Source: Vicugna vicugna
Taxonomy: Eukaryota
Reading direction: 5' to 3'
DNA: 64,000 nucleotides
Assembly: GCA_013265495.1 (NCBI GenBank)
Contig: MU058531.1
Span: 3,348,911-3,412,910 of the forward strand
Part shown: in pieces, positions 39,300 to 51,454 of the stretch
How the letters are laid out: every line of letters starts with the position of its first letter
Position numbering within the stretch: the stretch's first letter is position 1
Translations under genes and position numbers: made by a program
Notes under the pieces: model-generated
What the model was told of the DNA's origin: nothing
The model's input: only the letters and a program-made list of their open reading frames with translations
Databases searched by the model: none

Positions 39300-41420
39300 T
39301 ATCAGCCAAAACTAAAGCTAGGGCCTTGAAATACCCTGTATCCAGCCACATGAGTCCCCTCTTTCGGCCATCACACACCTCTGCCTGCCCCCTCTCCTCC
39401 CACCCAGGTATCATCATCCTCAGTCCTTTCCAGCATTTCCTTACTTTTCTTTTAATACAAGGTTGTTGCATCTACATGCCTTCTTAAGAGCTATACATTT
39501 TTATAAATGCCACTGAATTGTCCACTTTAAAATGGTTAGTTAATTGCATGTTATATGAATTTCACCACAATAAAAAAGCTATACATTTTAAATTCCAGTT
39601 GTTTTGAATTTTACGTGAATGTGTATGCTATGTGTAGTCTTTTGAGACTTTTGTTACATGGCATTGTATTTGTCAGTTGCATTTATACTGTTGTATGTTG
39701 CTGTAGTTCATTTGCTTTGATTGCTGTACAGTATTCCTCTGAATATATCATAGTTTACTCGTGTTCTCCAGTTGATGGACATTTAGATTGTGTCCATGTT
39801 TTCACTATTATAAACTGACCTTCCTTGATCATTTTTGTATATATCACTTGTTTTCACGTCCAAAATATTCTCCTAGATATACAATTGCCTCTTGAATAAC
39901 AGGAGTTTGAACTGCATGGGTCCACTTATATGTAGATTTTTGTCAATAAATGCAGACTACAGTACAGCTCTTCTTTGGGGTTGGTTGAATCTGAGGATGC
40001 AAACCTTTGCTATGGAGAGACTTTAAAATTATACACAGATTTTCAACTGTACAAGGTCAGGGGAAGCAGCTCAGCACCCAACCACCCTGTTTTTCAAGGG
40101 TCAGCTGTATACCTAGGAGTAGAGGTGCTGGACATAGGATATGTGAATATTTATTTTGGGAGATAGTGGCTGTTTTCTAAATTTTACCAATTTAGACTCC
40201 ACACCCACCCCAGGGATGTGCAAAAGATTCTCTGAATCTACAGCCTCTCTAATACCTGATATTTTCAACTTGTTATTTTTGCCAGTTGAGCAGGTTTAAA
40301 AGTGTTTCTCTGGTTTATTTTGCATTTTTCTAATCACTAATGATGCTAACCATATCATCGTATTATTGCTGTATGTGTTTCTTTTTCTGTGAAATGCCTC
40401 AGACCTTTTGCCCATTTTCAGTTGGGTTGCTTGTGCTTCTGATTGATTTGTAGGATTTCCTTACATATTCTTGATATTATCCTTTTTCCTTTGTGTGTAT
40501 TGTTAATATTCCTCCCCACCCCCCAGTTTTAAATTGTCTTTTCTTTTTTGTAAGATTTCCTTTGATAAAAAAAATTCTTACTCTTTATAGTCAAATTTAT
40601 TAAAGTTTATTTTATGGTCAGTGTTTTTTGTTTTTAAGACACTTTTCTCTACTTGAAGTCTAAAAGATTCACTTACATTTTCTATTAGGAGTTATAAAGT
40701 TTTATTTTTGACATTTAACTCTCTAATCCATTTAAATCCTTGATTGTGTATATGGTGTGAGGCAGATATCCCATTTTAATCTATTTCCATATAGGTATCT
40801 ATTTTCCAGCTCTAATCTGACACAGCACCCCTGTCATATACCAAAGTTCCACATATGCATTGGTCTTCTTTGAGCCCTCTACTGTAGTTCATTGGATAAT
40901 TTACACATCACTGTGCCAATAACATTAGGAAATCCTAACAGAACAGAAGTGTCATTACTATCCTTAGTCCTTTACTCTTTACTATTATTGTTGTTGTTAT
41001 TGAAGTATAATATACCTGCAGAGAAAATACAAACCATACATGGTGTGCAATTCACTGTATTTCACAAAGTGAATAACTAGCACCAAAATCAACAAATAGA
41101 ACATTAGCACCCCAGAGGCCATCCTTGTATCCTCTTCCAGTCTCTCTCTCTGCCTTCCCCCAAAGTAAGCAAGCCTGTCTTCTAACATTCTAGATTCATT
41201 TGACTTATTTTTTTAACTTTATGTAAATGAACTCATAGTAGGTACTATTTTGTATGTCTTCTTTTACCCAACATTTTGTCTGTAGGATTCATTCATATTG
41301 CTTCATGTAGTTGTAGTTTGTTCATTCTCATTGCTCATTCCATTTCATGAATATCCTACTCTTTATCATTCCACTGTTAACAGTCATTTGAGTTGTCCTC
41401 AGTTTGAAGCTATTATGAAT
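39300..41420 (-). mobile_element. Old L1ME-like element(s) hosting two later insertions
   Basis: gttgatggacatttagattgt, tttgcatttttctaatcactaatgatgct, tatggtgtgaggcag motifs. A further L1 3' end starts at about 40990. Confidence 0.7.
39882..40107. mobile_element. Tigger2a-like Tc1/mariner MITE with TA TSD
   Basis: TA|caattgcctcttgaa...ttcaagggtcagctg|TA. Internal gtttgaactgcatgggtccacttata. Splits the host L1 motif agatata/tacctaggagt. Confidence 0.85.
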
Positions 41421-42434
41421 AGTGTTGTTCTGTTCCCTGCCAGCCTCTAAGCCTTTGCCTGAGCTGGTTCCCTTTTCCTGTCATGCCTGCCTGCCCCAAC
41501 TTCACTATGTAAGATCCTGGCCATTTTATAAAGCCTTGGTAACCACATCCTATCCCTTTTGTGAACCTTTCTTAGGCCACTGCAATATACCAAGTTATTC
41601 TCTGTCAGGGCATGTAAACTTACAGCCCATGAGTTGAACCGTAAGTGTAGTACTCAGAAGATTTTTGCCCCCCCAAAAAAGTTTTACAAGATAATTATTA
41701 TCTAGTAAATATGCACTAGTAGGGTCTAACTACTTGCTAAGAAATCTGAGAAGTTGTTCCTAAACACGTAAACATTGAGCTCACTTGTAGTCATATGCAA
41801 GGAAAGGAGGGAGTAAAGAGGGAGCCCGAGGGTTTGTGTAAGTCAGAGAAGTGGTTGGAATAAGCAACTTCCATTTCATTCTTCTTTAGGAGAAAGTGTA
41901 GTCCAGGTTCATAGTATGATGTGATGGAGAAAATGAACAACACTGTTAATGACGTATGTGCTTCTGCTGTTAACTCTTGCCAGTTTATGGGATGAGATAC
42001 TTGAAGAAGTTGGAACACAGTATTAATATTTAGTTTATTTTAATGCCGTCAGATGGCTAGGCAATGGAAACTTGTTTAAAAGTCTCAACTACTTTTTCAG
42101 ATTAAGGACTTTTGGAGGACCAAAAGACTTTGAATCAGTAGTGAGTGCTTGAAATGCATCGTTTCCTTACTAATGGGACAAGACATTTAAATATATTCAA
42201 TTGAAAGATACCAAAGTAAATGCAAAATCCAAACCAAATAAATTAAAATAAGTGTAATGCTGATTTGCTCAAAAAAGTAAAGATACTCAGACTCAAATTG
42301 GACTCAGCATTTGAACATTCATTCATTCACTCAACAGATATTCATTGAGCACCTCCTACTATGCGCCAGCCAGGTACTATTCATGAACTAGAGAAAATAG
42401 TGAATGAAACTGAAATACCCCTGTCTTCTTTATG

Positions 42435-42951
42435 TGTATTAGTTGGGATACAGGTTCTGCTGTCTTTTTTTTTTTTTTTTTGGAGACATCAGTAGTTTAC
42501 TGGATGGGGATTCTGCTGTCTTTAAAAGTGACCAAAAGTTAAAATGGCTTAAATGAGATAGAAGTATGTTTCTTTGTCACTTAAGAGGGGTCAGTGGTTA
42601 TTTAGAAATTCTACTCTGCTACGTCATCCAGAGACTCAGACTCCATCTAGTATATTTGTCTCATTCACATGATCCAAGATGGCTCACCATTTCATCCATG
42701 TTCTCAACAGTAGGTAGAAAAAAATTGGGAAAACATGGTATGCCCACTCCTTTTAAAGGACACATCCCAGAGATTGTCCACATCACTTTCCAAAACATTC
42801 CATTGGCCAGAATTTTGTTACATGGTCACTACTTAGCTCCAAAGGAAGCTGGGAGATAGTCTTGATTCTGAAAGATCATATACACAAAATTGAAGGGCTC
42901 TGTGTCCAGGAGAGAATGGATAATGGAGGACAATTAGTAGTCTCTGCTATG
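42435..42951 (-). mobile_element. MaLR LTR (MLT1J-like) inserted in an L2 3' end (L2 at about 42315-42434 and 42952-43135)
   Basis: tgtattag...tggcttaaatgagatagaagt...cattccattggccagaat...aaggaagctgggagatagtctt. Confidence 0.75.
42468..42510 (-). pseudogene. Minimal L1-mediated retrocopy (29 nt plus poly-A) of an unidentified transcript 3' end
   Basis: Minus strand reads tccccatccAGTAAActactgatgtctcc-(A)n. TSD ttctgctgtcttt at 42455-42467 and 42511-42523. Confidence 0.75.
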
Positions 42952-44999
42952 TTCTACTAAAGGGAAAAATACAACAGACAAAACACAAATAAATCGATAT
43001 TATATAATCAGATGGTGATGTGTGACAAAGCAAGGTACCTAAATAGAGGATAAAGGGGAAAGATGCTATTTTAATGAGAGATAAGAGAAGAATTCTCTGA
43101 TTAGGTGACATTTTATCAAGAGGCATATGCAGAATGTATAACTCCACCATTCATACATGTTCCTAAGCTCATGGACTTGCAGGATTACTTATAAGAAATT
43201 GACATCATAATTGCATGAGAGATTCACTGTCTTTCATGAGTAGGAATATGCTTCAAGATTTTGCTGGCTGCATGGTGTATCTGCGTGACCAGACATCTAC
43301 TTCACCATTGTTAGCTCATTTTAAGAGAAATGCATCCATCTGAAAAGAAACTATGCTCATCAAAGAATGCATCATTCCATAAATCCTGGAGATAAGCATA
43401 CACATCCCAGAACCAGCCAAGCCTTTGTGATGATGTGGTCAAACACTGGGTAATGTTGGAGAGCCGTGGACATTATAAAAGTACATTCTTTATCAAAAGA
43501 TCACTAAACATGAAACTTAAAATCACCCTTGGTAAAATAAACCTGGATTCAGAATTGGAATGTGCTGGGACGGAATACAGTCCATAATGCATGAGGATAG
43601 TTAAGCATGCTAAATATCCATATTCCCATCAACGTGATTACAAGTGACCAGTGACAAGCAAACCATCTGTAGACCTATGGGTAGGCTTTTGGTCATCTGA
43701 CTCACTTCTTAGATGCCTTTGTTTGTATTTTTATATCTTATCTCCGTTACTAGGCTTTGAATTTTAAAAAAATACAAAAGCAACACACATTTCTTGAAAG
43801 ACAAAATAGCATATAAAAATGTACAAGTGATTGATTCTTCTTTCCCTAATCTCCCATCTCTATCCCACCCGCAGTTGTTGGTCCTGGTTTCAGACCTTTT
43901 CCTATGAATTTCATGGAGGTTTTAAGCTTTTGGAGGCCATGACTTTCTTATTTAACTTGTAACCCTTTCTACCTGGAAAAGTGCTTTGCATAAGACAAGT
44001 TTTCTGTGCATATTTATTTGACTCATGATTGATTAAACAGGGATTGGAGGGAAGAGGTCCAAATGAAAACCTTTTGTGAGAAACCAAAAGTAAAGTTTTC
44101 AATGTCCAATTCAGTTGTATTTGACAAAAAAATATATATATATATAACTAATAACCTTTGAAGGAGCACTCTGATAGTTATTTTCTACTTCTTCTTTCCC
44201 CCGTAACACCAGATCATGAAGAAATAATAAACAAAACCTTGAGAAAAGATACGTGTGAGTCCCTCTGCCCTCCTCCTTCTTAGAGAGTGAAGAACGTGTA
44301 GGAAGGGGAGGCTGGGGAGGACAGAGAGGGGCCTTAGCACTAGATAAATCTCTTTCTTTGTATCGTCTGACTCTAAACTTTGCTGTGGAGTATTTTTATG
44401 TGTAATTTCTTTTACAGATGTGTTTGGAGAAAGTTGATATTACGTTGGTAATAGCACATCTAGACTCCACATTGCAATTTAAACATATTGTATTTTATTT
44501 CCTTAAGCACAAGGGCGGAGAACTCTTTTTTTCTTCCCCTCCCTTTCTTTTAATTAAAACTAAAAGAACGAAGAAAGTCCAAAGTGTCTTTTCCCACTTG
44601 GACTGAAAAATTAATGATTGCTTTGGGCATAAAGGTAGTGAGCATCATGTCTTGTTAACCAGTAGTTACCTTTCAATACAAGGAACAATGACTTTGGAAG
44701 GCTAGAAAAATAGAGTCTTAAGGTGTGATTCATATTATTTCCCCAGGGTTTCATTTTTATTTTATTATTCTTCAGCTCCATGACTAAACGTTTATTTGGT
44801 GCTAGCAAATTGAAAAAGTCTGGGCTGCAAGAAGCCATTTGCCGATCCTGATGAATTGCCACGGGCATGCTTTCGAATCCTCCCTGTGAGCCCGAAGTGT
44901 ACTGTCCTGAGGAGTGCTTTCCGAAGGGAAAACTTCTGGAAGGACCTTCGTTTCTTTGAGTTTTCGTAATAGCGGAATGTGTTATACAGGCAGCAGAGC

Positions 45000-45225
45000 A
45001 AGCAGTTAAGAGCTGGGCTCTGGAAGGAGTCCCGGCTCCACCGTTAACTCGCAGTGGAGCCTTCAGCAATTTACTTGGTCTTCCTAAGTCTCCGTTTTTC
45101 TCACCTGTAAAATGAGAATAATGAAAATAACACCAGACGCAGTCGTGAAGACTGGCTATCTGAAAAAGCACTACACATAGCACATAGGAGTTGTTCCAAC
45201 CCATTTGAGCTGCTGCCATTATGAT
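45000..45225 (+). mobile_element. MIR SINE
   Basis: gttaagagctgggctctgga...tttttctcacctgtaaaatgagaataat. Confidence 0.75.
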
Positions 45226-46494
45226 TATGATCTCTGGGACTATTACGAGTAATAACGAAATGTGCAGTTTTGTAGTAGAGGAGTGTGCTTTCTACATCTG
45301 AGCAAATATTGTACACATTACAATATCTTATCTTACTACAGTAGCTTTTTTAGAGTGCATGATTTTTTACTCTGTGAAATGGTAGTTGTGTGTAGGCCGT
45401 TGCCCTTCCTGGATTGTACACCTCCTGACCCGCTCTTTTGTATTAGCCTTTGCGTATGCCAGGGCGGCTTGCCTTCAGCAGGACCTCAAGAAAAGTTTGT
45501 TGAATTGCTTTGGGAGGTTATAGGCCAAGAGCTGGGCTCTAGCCTGCTCCAGAGTGAGGGCTCTGTCTTAGAAATATCCTCCCAGTTGTTGAATGAAGGC
45601 CGGGGATAGGGATTTGGGATTTCGCATTCCAGCTAGGAACTGGGACTGCCAAGGTGCTAGTCACCATAGTAAGAGCCAGCCACCCAGTCTCTGAATGAAG
45701 CTGAAAAGTAGAGCAGATTTGGAAAACAGAAGTTAGTCCATTTTACAGCGTGGCCACATTAGTTTATTTTTTCCCCCTAGTAAATATTTTAAATTATAAA
45801 AAGTAAATGATCAGAACTTGAGATTCAGATGTGTAAGCTGTCAAAACCCAGGTTGAAGAAACAGGCACTGAGAGTGTCAGTACAAACGATCAGATCATCA
45901 AGGGAAAAATGAAGGCCTGATTGTCTCAAGATGTAGGTAAGAAAGTCTTACCACACGAAAGAAGGGGACAGTCAGTTGCAGAATAAGTCGGCCTTGCCGA
46001 TCTTTCCAGCCAACGAGTATGAAATCGATCCTAAGCAAACAGAAAAATGCAAATTCTCTGTACAGTCTGTTAATGAAGAGGTGAAAGATCCTCCCTGCCA
46101 AGCTAGTGGGCTCCAGGAAGAGTTCGGGGAAAGAGAGACCAGCGTGCAATCCAACTCCACAATTGTTCCCTTTCCCTCTGATGGCCAGTGCTGTCTTTAC
46201 CCCAGCTCGTCTTCACTGAACCGCGTCAAGTTCCGCCTTCCCCTCAGACCTCTGCTTTTATGGGATTTCAGCTAAGAATTCCAAATGTCCCCATTGTCAT
46301 TCTAAAACATAACATATGTTAACATAACTTAACTGCTTAATAATAATTACTGCATACCTTCTGCGTGCCCAGTACTGTATAGGAGGGCTATTTGATGATA
46401 CTTTCCATTTGATTCATGATGCACTCCTATTTTTGAAGCCCTTCTCTGTACCACATAAACCGTTTTAAACATAACTTTAAAAATTACTTTAAAA

Positions 46495-46870
46495 AATTTC
46501 GTTGAAGTATAGTTGATTTACAATGTTGTGCTAGTTTCTGGTATGCAGCATAGTGATTCAGTTATACATATATACATTCCTTTTCATTATAGTTTATTAC
46601 AAGATATTGTATATAGTTCCCTGTGCTATACAGTAGAACCTTCTTGTTTTTATTTTGTATACAGTAATTTGTATCTGCTAATCCCAGACTCCTGATTTAC
46701 CCCTCCCCTCCTTTCCCCTTTGGTAACCGTATGTCTGTGAGTCTCTTTCTGTTTTTTAAATAAGTTCATTTGTGTCATTTTTTTGATTCCACATGTAAGT
46801 GATATTATATGATACTTGTCTTTCTCTGTCTGACTTACTTTACTTAGAATGATAATCTCTAGGTCCATCC
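46495..46870 (-). mobile_element. L1 3' end (same family as 18660-19256)
   Basis: ttgaagtatagttgatttacaatgttgtg...gattccacatgtaagtgata...tctaggtccatcc. Confidence 0.9.
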
Positions 46871-47334
46871 AAAAACAGCTTTTAATTTATGTATTTGAAG
46901 GGATTTTTATCATTTTGAATTTTTAAAATAATAAATTATCTGTTTGGTTCCTGTGATTTCAGCTGTTTTAAATGCGTGACCATGTCGAGTGAACTAACTA
47001 ATCGACAGGGAAAGGTCATTTATTAATCTATATATTGTAGTCTTTTCTTTCATATTTTAGTCAATAAATTATTTCCTAAGGGCTTAATCATTCTTTATAG
47101 ACCTTTAAAAAGTTTGTTGGCTGCAGGCATATTCTGATGAACAAAATAAGACAGAGCCAGCAGTTTCTATAGCAGAGCTTAGAGTTCAGTGGGGCCTTTT
47201 CTCTGTCATGGAAATTAAAGACCACTCCCCACTGGGTGAAACAAGAGGTCACATGGAGAGGTAGATAGCCCCTCAATCCTGCAAGTCTCTTACAATATCA
47301 GAAGATGAAAGGGTACATATATGGTGGTCTGTTC

Positions 47335-47722
47335 TGTGAAGGAGACTGGTTAGCTGTTACCAAACCTATTTCCCCTCCCTCTTCAGCTCCCAGCTAGACC
47401 ACGTTCCCACACTTCCTTTCAGCCAGATGCATCCATGTGCCCGAGTTTTGGCCAGTGGAATGTGGACAGAAGGGAAGTACACCGTGTTTAAGTCTGACCC
47501 ACCTACAAAGCCTCCTAGTCCATCCTCCACGCTGTCTCTTTCCCCACCCACCTGCTGGAGGTGAAGGATGGGAGGCCCAGGAGAGGTGGAGGGCAGGATG
47601 CAAGGAGCCTGCTTCCTGAATCGCCATGTGGAAATCTGCCTGCTGAGCACCCACAGCTGACTGTGTGAGCACGAAATAAACTACTTTGTGAAGCCCTTGA
47701 GTTACCTGAGGCATTAATAACA
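47335..47722 (+). mobile_element. MaLR LTR (MLT1I/J-like)
   Basis: tgtgaaggagactgg...gagttttggccagtggaatgtggacagaag...gaaataaact...taataaca. Confidence 0.75.
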
Positions 47723-50106
47723 TTCCCTTCTAGTGCCTTTAGTCTGTTGGGGCGAACAGACAAAAATTAAATGACAAATTATTCAGGTGATGTTAAAATG
47801 CTCCACTTGATCAGAGAATACAAGGGTAAGCCTCAGTAGATTACAGAGTCACTTTTGAAGAGCTGAAATTTCAGAGCCGGGATCTGAGAGAGGAATATGA
47901 ATCATTTTATTAGGGAAGGAGGCAGTAGAATGGGGATAATGGTAGATCCTATATCATAGGGTTGTTCTGATGATTAAGTTAATGATATTTTGCAAATAAG
48001 CTAATAATTGCATACATAAATCGATAAAACATAGAACATTGCCTGCATTGTAGTAAATATTAATTGGGTTGTTTTTTTTTTTTTGTCTTGCTTTTGAGTT
48101 AGACTTCCTGGGTTCACAGCTCAGTTCTGCCTCGTTCTTGGGAAGTTTATTTAGCGTCTCTGAGCTTCAATTCCCCACCGATAAAGTAGGGATGCCAATA
48201 ATACATACCTCACAGAGTTATCGTGAGGAATAAAGAGGTAATTTATGGATCTCTCCTTAGTGCCTTGTGTAGTGCGTAACAAATTTGTGGCCTTTCTCTT
48301 AAGGCTGTTTTGGAGCATCTCTGACCTTGAGCTATCACTGTGTGAGGCTCCAGAAGGATGCTCTGTGATCTCTGCTCACAGAGACCTTACTGCCATTTGA
48401 GGAGGCAAGATATGCACACAGAATTGAATAACCATTCAAGGTACCATGCAAATTTGAGTGGTTGTATCACTGTTGTGGCCACATACCAATCTGAATTGTC
48501 AAAGGAATTTAAACCCATTCTGAGATGCTGCCCAACTCTGTGGTCTACATCCAGTGGGTTTCTGTAGCTTGGCTAGTCTATAGATACCTGTACAGCAAGA
48601 TTTTATATAAATATGATATAATATTATATATGATATATATATATATTTTAGCAAACTCTTTCCTACCTCAGGTATGAATTTTCTGAAAGCTAAAGATTCA
48701 TTTTCTGTTTGTTTCATTTTTAAGAAGCAGCACCATATGCTTAAATTTAGGCTAATCACTCTTGGATTTTATCAATATTAAAAAGAGAGGGTTAAAAAGA
48801 AAGGGAGAGAGAGAGGGTTAGACTAGATAAGTTGTCTTTAAATGTGATTAGAAGATCACCAAGAATTCTCTTTTCAAATGCAATGAAATTATGTTTTATG
48901 AAACATTAAATAACTAGGGACAACATTATATACTAAATTAAATACCTTCTTATTTTAGATTCTGGGATAGACTATGATAGGTAGTATAAAAATGTTCAAA
49001 GTAACTGATTTTTCAGATTTTAGTGTTTTCATATCTGTTCTACAAAATTGAGAATACAAAAAAGAGAAAAAAATATTTTTTGTAATTGAACCACTAAATT
49101 TCCTTTCAATCCTTTTTTCACAGATTTTGAGTCATATCATATATAATGCTTTTTTCTTAACCTTTTTCTAAAAGAAGAGGCTTATTAAGGTATAATTTTC
49201 TTAGCATAAAATTCATAGCATAAAATTTACCCTTTTAAAATGTGCGATTCATGACGACGTGGAGGTCGTCATTCTAAGTGAAGTAAGCCAGAAAGAGAAA
49301 AATACCATATGATATCACTCACATGTGGAATCTTTTTTTTCGGGGGTGGGGGATAGACTTTATTTTTTTAGAGTAGTTTCAGGTTTACAGCGGAAATGAG
49401 CAGAAAATACAGAGTTCCCACATAGCCCTCCCCACCCACATGTGCATACTCCCCTACCCTCAACATCTCTCATCAGTGTGGCGTATTTGGTACAATCGAT
49501 GAACCAACATGGGCACATTATTATCAACCAAAGTCTGAGGTTTACATTAGGGTTTACTCTTGATGTTGTACATTCTATGGGTTTTGACAAATGCATAATG
49601 ACATGTAGCCACCACTATATTATTGTACAGAATAATTTCATTGCCCTAAAAATCCCTTGTGCTCCATCTATTCATTCCTCCCTCCCTGCCTCTCCCCAAA
49701 CCCCTGGAAACCACAATCTTTTTATTGTTTCTGTAGCTGTGCCTTTTCCAGAATGTCCTTTGGTTGGAATCATACACTTTGTAGCCTTTTCAGACTGGCT
49801 TCTTTCATTTAGTAATATGTCTTTTTAAGTTTCTTCTATGTCTTTCATGGCTTGATAAATCATTTTTTTTACTGCACATATACTTTTAAATTTACATAAT
49901 GTACTGTTCATTGTTTCTAAGAATGTTTAGAGCTTTAGCTTTTTAAACTTACTTAGTTATCAAAGGAATAAAGCCAATCACAAAATAAGAATTAACTCAA
50001 AAAGATACATACACCCTGCTATTAACAGCAACATTATTTATAACTGCCAAGATATGGAAGCATCTTAAGTGCACATCAATAGTTGAATAGATGATGGAGA
50101 TGCAGT

Positions 50107-50164
50107 ACACACACACACACACACACATACACACACACACATATATTCACACACATATATATAT
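50107..50164. repeat. (CA)n/(TA)n microsatellite
   Basis: Directly visible. Confidence 0.9.
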
Positions 50165-50594
50165 TGTGGAATACAACTCCGTAAAAAAGAATATTTTGCC
50201 ATTTGTGGCCCTTCATTCACTTTTTTTTTTCACTTCAAAAACCAGAATTTTATAACTGGCAGAGACATTTCCATTACATCAAAACACCTAGAAATAAACT
50301 TAAACAAAGAAGTTACCTATACTCTGAAAACCAAAATGACACAAAGAAATGGAAAGAGTTCTTGTGCTCTTGGATTGGAAGAATCAACACTATCAAAATG
50401 GCCACACTATCCAAAGTAATCCACAGATCCAACCCAACCCCCATCAAAATACTCGTGACATTCCTCACAGAACTAGAACAATTCCAAAATTTATAAGGAA
50501 CCACAGAAGACCCCAAAGAGCCAAAGCAATTTTTTGTAGGTCTCTCTTTTTTTCCTCTTTCTTCTTTTTGTTCTCTTTTCTTATAGTTTGATGA

Positions 50595-51454
50595 CTAGAA
50601 AAAATCCTTTAACATTTGTTGTAAAGCTGGTTTGGTGGTGCTGAAATCTTCTAGCTTTTGTTTATCTGTGAAGATTTTGATTTCTCCATCAAGTCTAAAC
50701 AAGAGTCTTGCTGGATAGAGTATTCTTGGTTGTAAGTTTCTCCCTTGCATCACTTTAAATATATACTGCCACTCCCTTCTGGCCTGTAGAGCTTCTGCTG
50801 AAAAATCATACGATAACCTTATGGGAGTTCCCTTGTATGTTATTCGTTGCTTTTCTCTTGCTAATTTTAATATTTTCTCCTTATCCTTAATTGCTGTCAA
50901 TTTGATGACTATGTGCCTTGGTGTGTTCCTCTTTGGGTTGATTCTGTGTGGTACTCTCTACACTTCCAGGGTGACTATTTCCTCTCCCAAGTTGGGGAAG
51001 TTTTTGGTTATTAGCTCTCCAAAAATTTTCTCAGGTCCTTTCTCTCGTCTCTTTCTGGGACCCCTATAATGCGAATATTAGAGCATTTCATGTTGCCCCA
51101 GAGTTCTCTTAAACTATCCTCATTCCTTTTTTTTCTTTTTTCTGTTCTGAAGTAGTGATGTCCACTAATCTGTCTTCTAGTTCACTGATCTGTCCTTCTG
51201 CCTCATTTAGACTATTCTTGGTTCCTTCTAGAGTATTGTTCATTTCAGTGATTTTATTCTTCAACTCTGTTTGGGTATTCTTTATATTTTCCAGCTCTTT
51301 GCTAAAAACTTCATTCTGTATCTTGAGTTTACATCTTGGCCATCATTACTTTAAACTCTTTCTCAGATAAATTGCCTATCTCCTCATCACTTATTTCTTC
51401 TTCTGGGATTTTATCTTGTGCCTTGGCCTGGGAGATATTCCTTTGCCTCCTCAT
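50595..51454 (-). pseudogene. L1 ORF1p remnant (disrupted)
   Basis: Starts MRRQRNISQAK...EKEFKVMMAKM then a stop. C-terminal part KDKEKILKLAREKQRITYKGTPIRLSYDFSAEALQARREW...LQPRILYPARL is canonical ORF1p. The 860-nt span implies a frameshift. Confidence 0.9.

Noticed and set aside
44611..45219. 202-aa minus-strand ORF
   Set aside because: Begins within a MIR, has no recognisable domain and no supporting gene structure.
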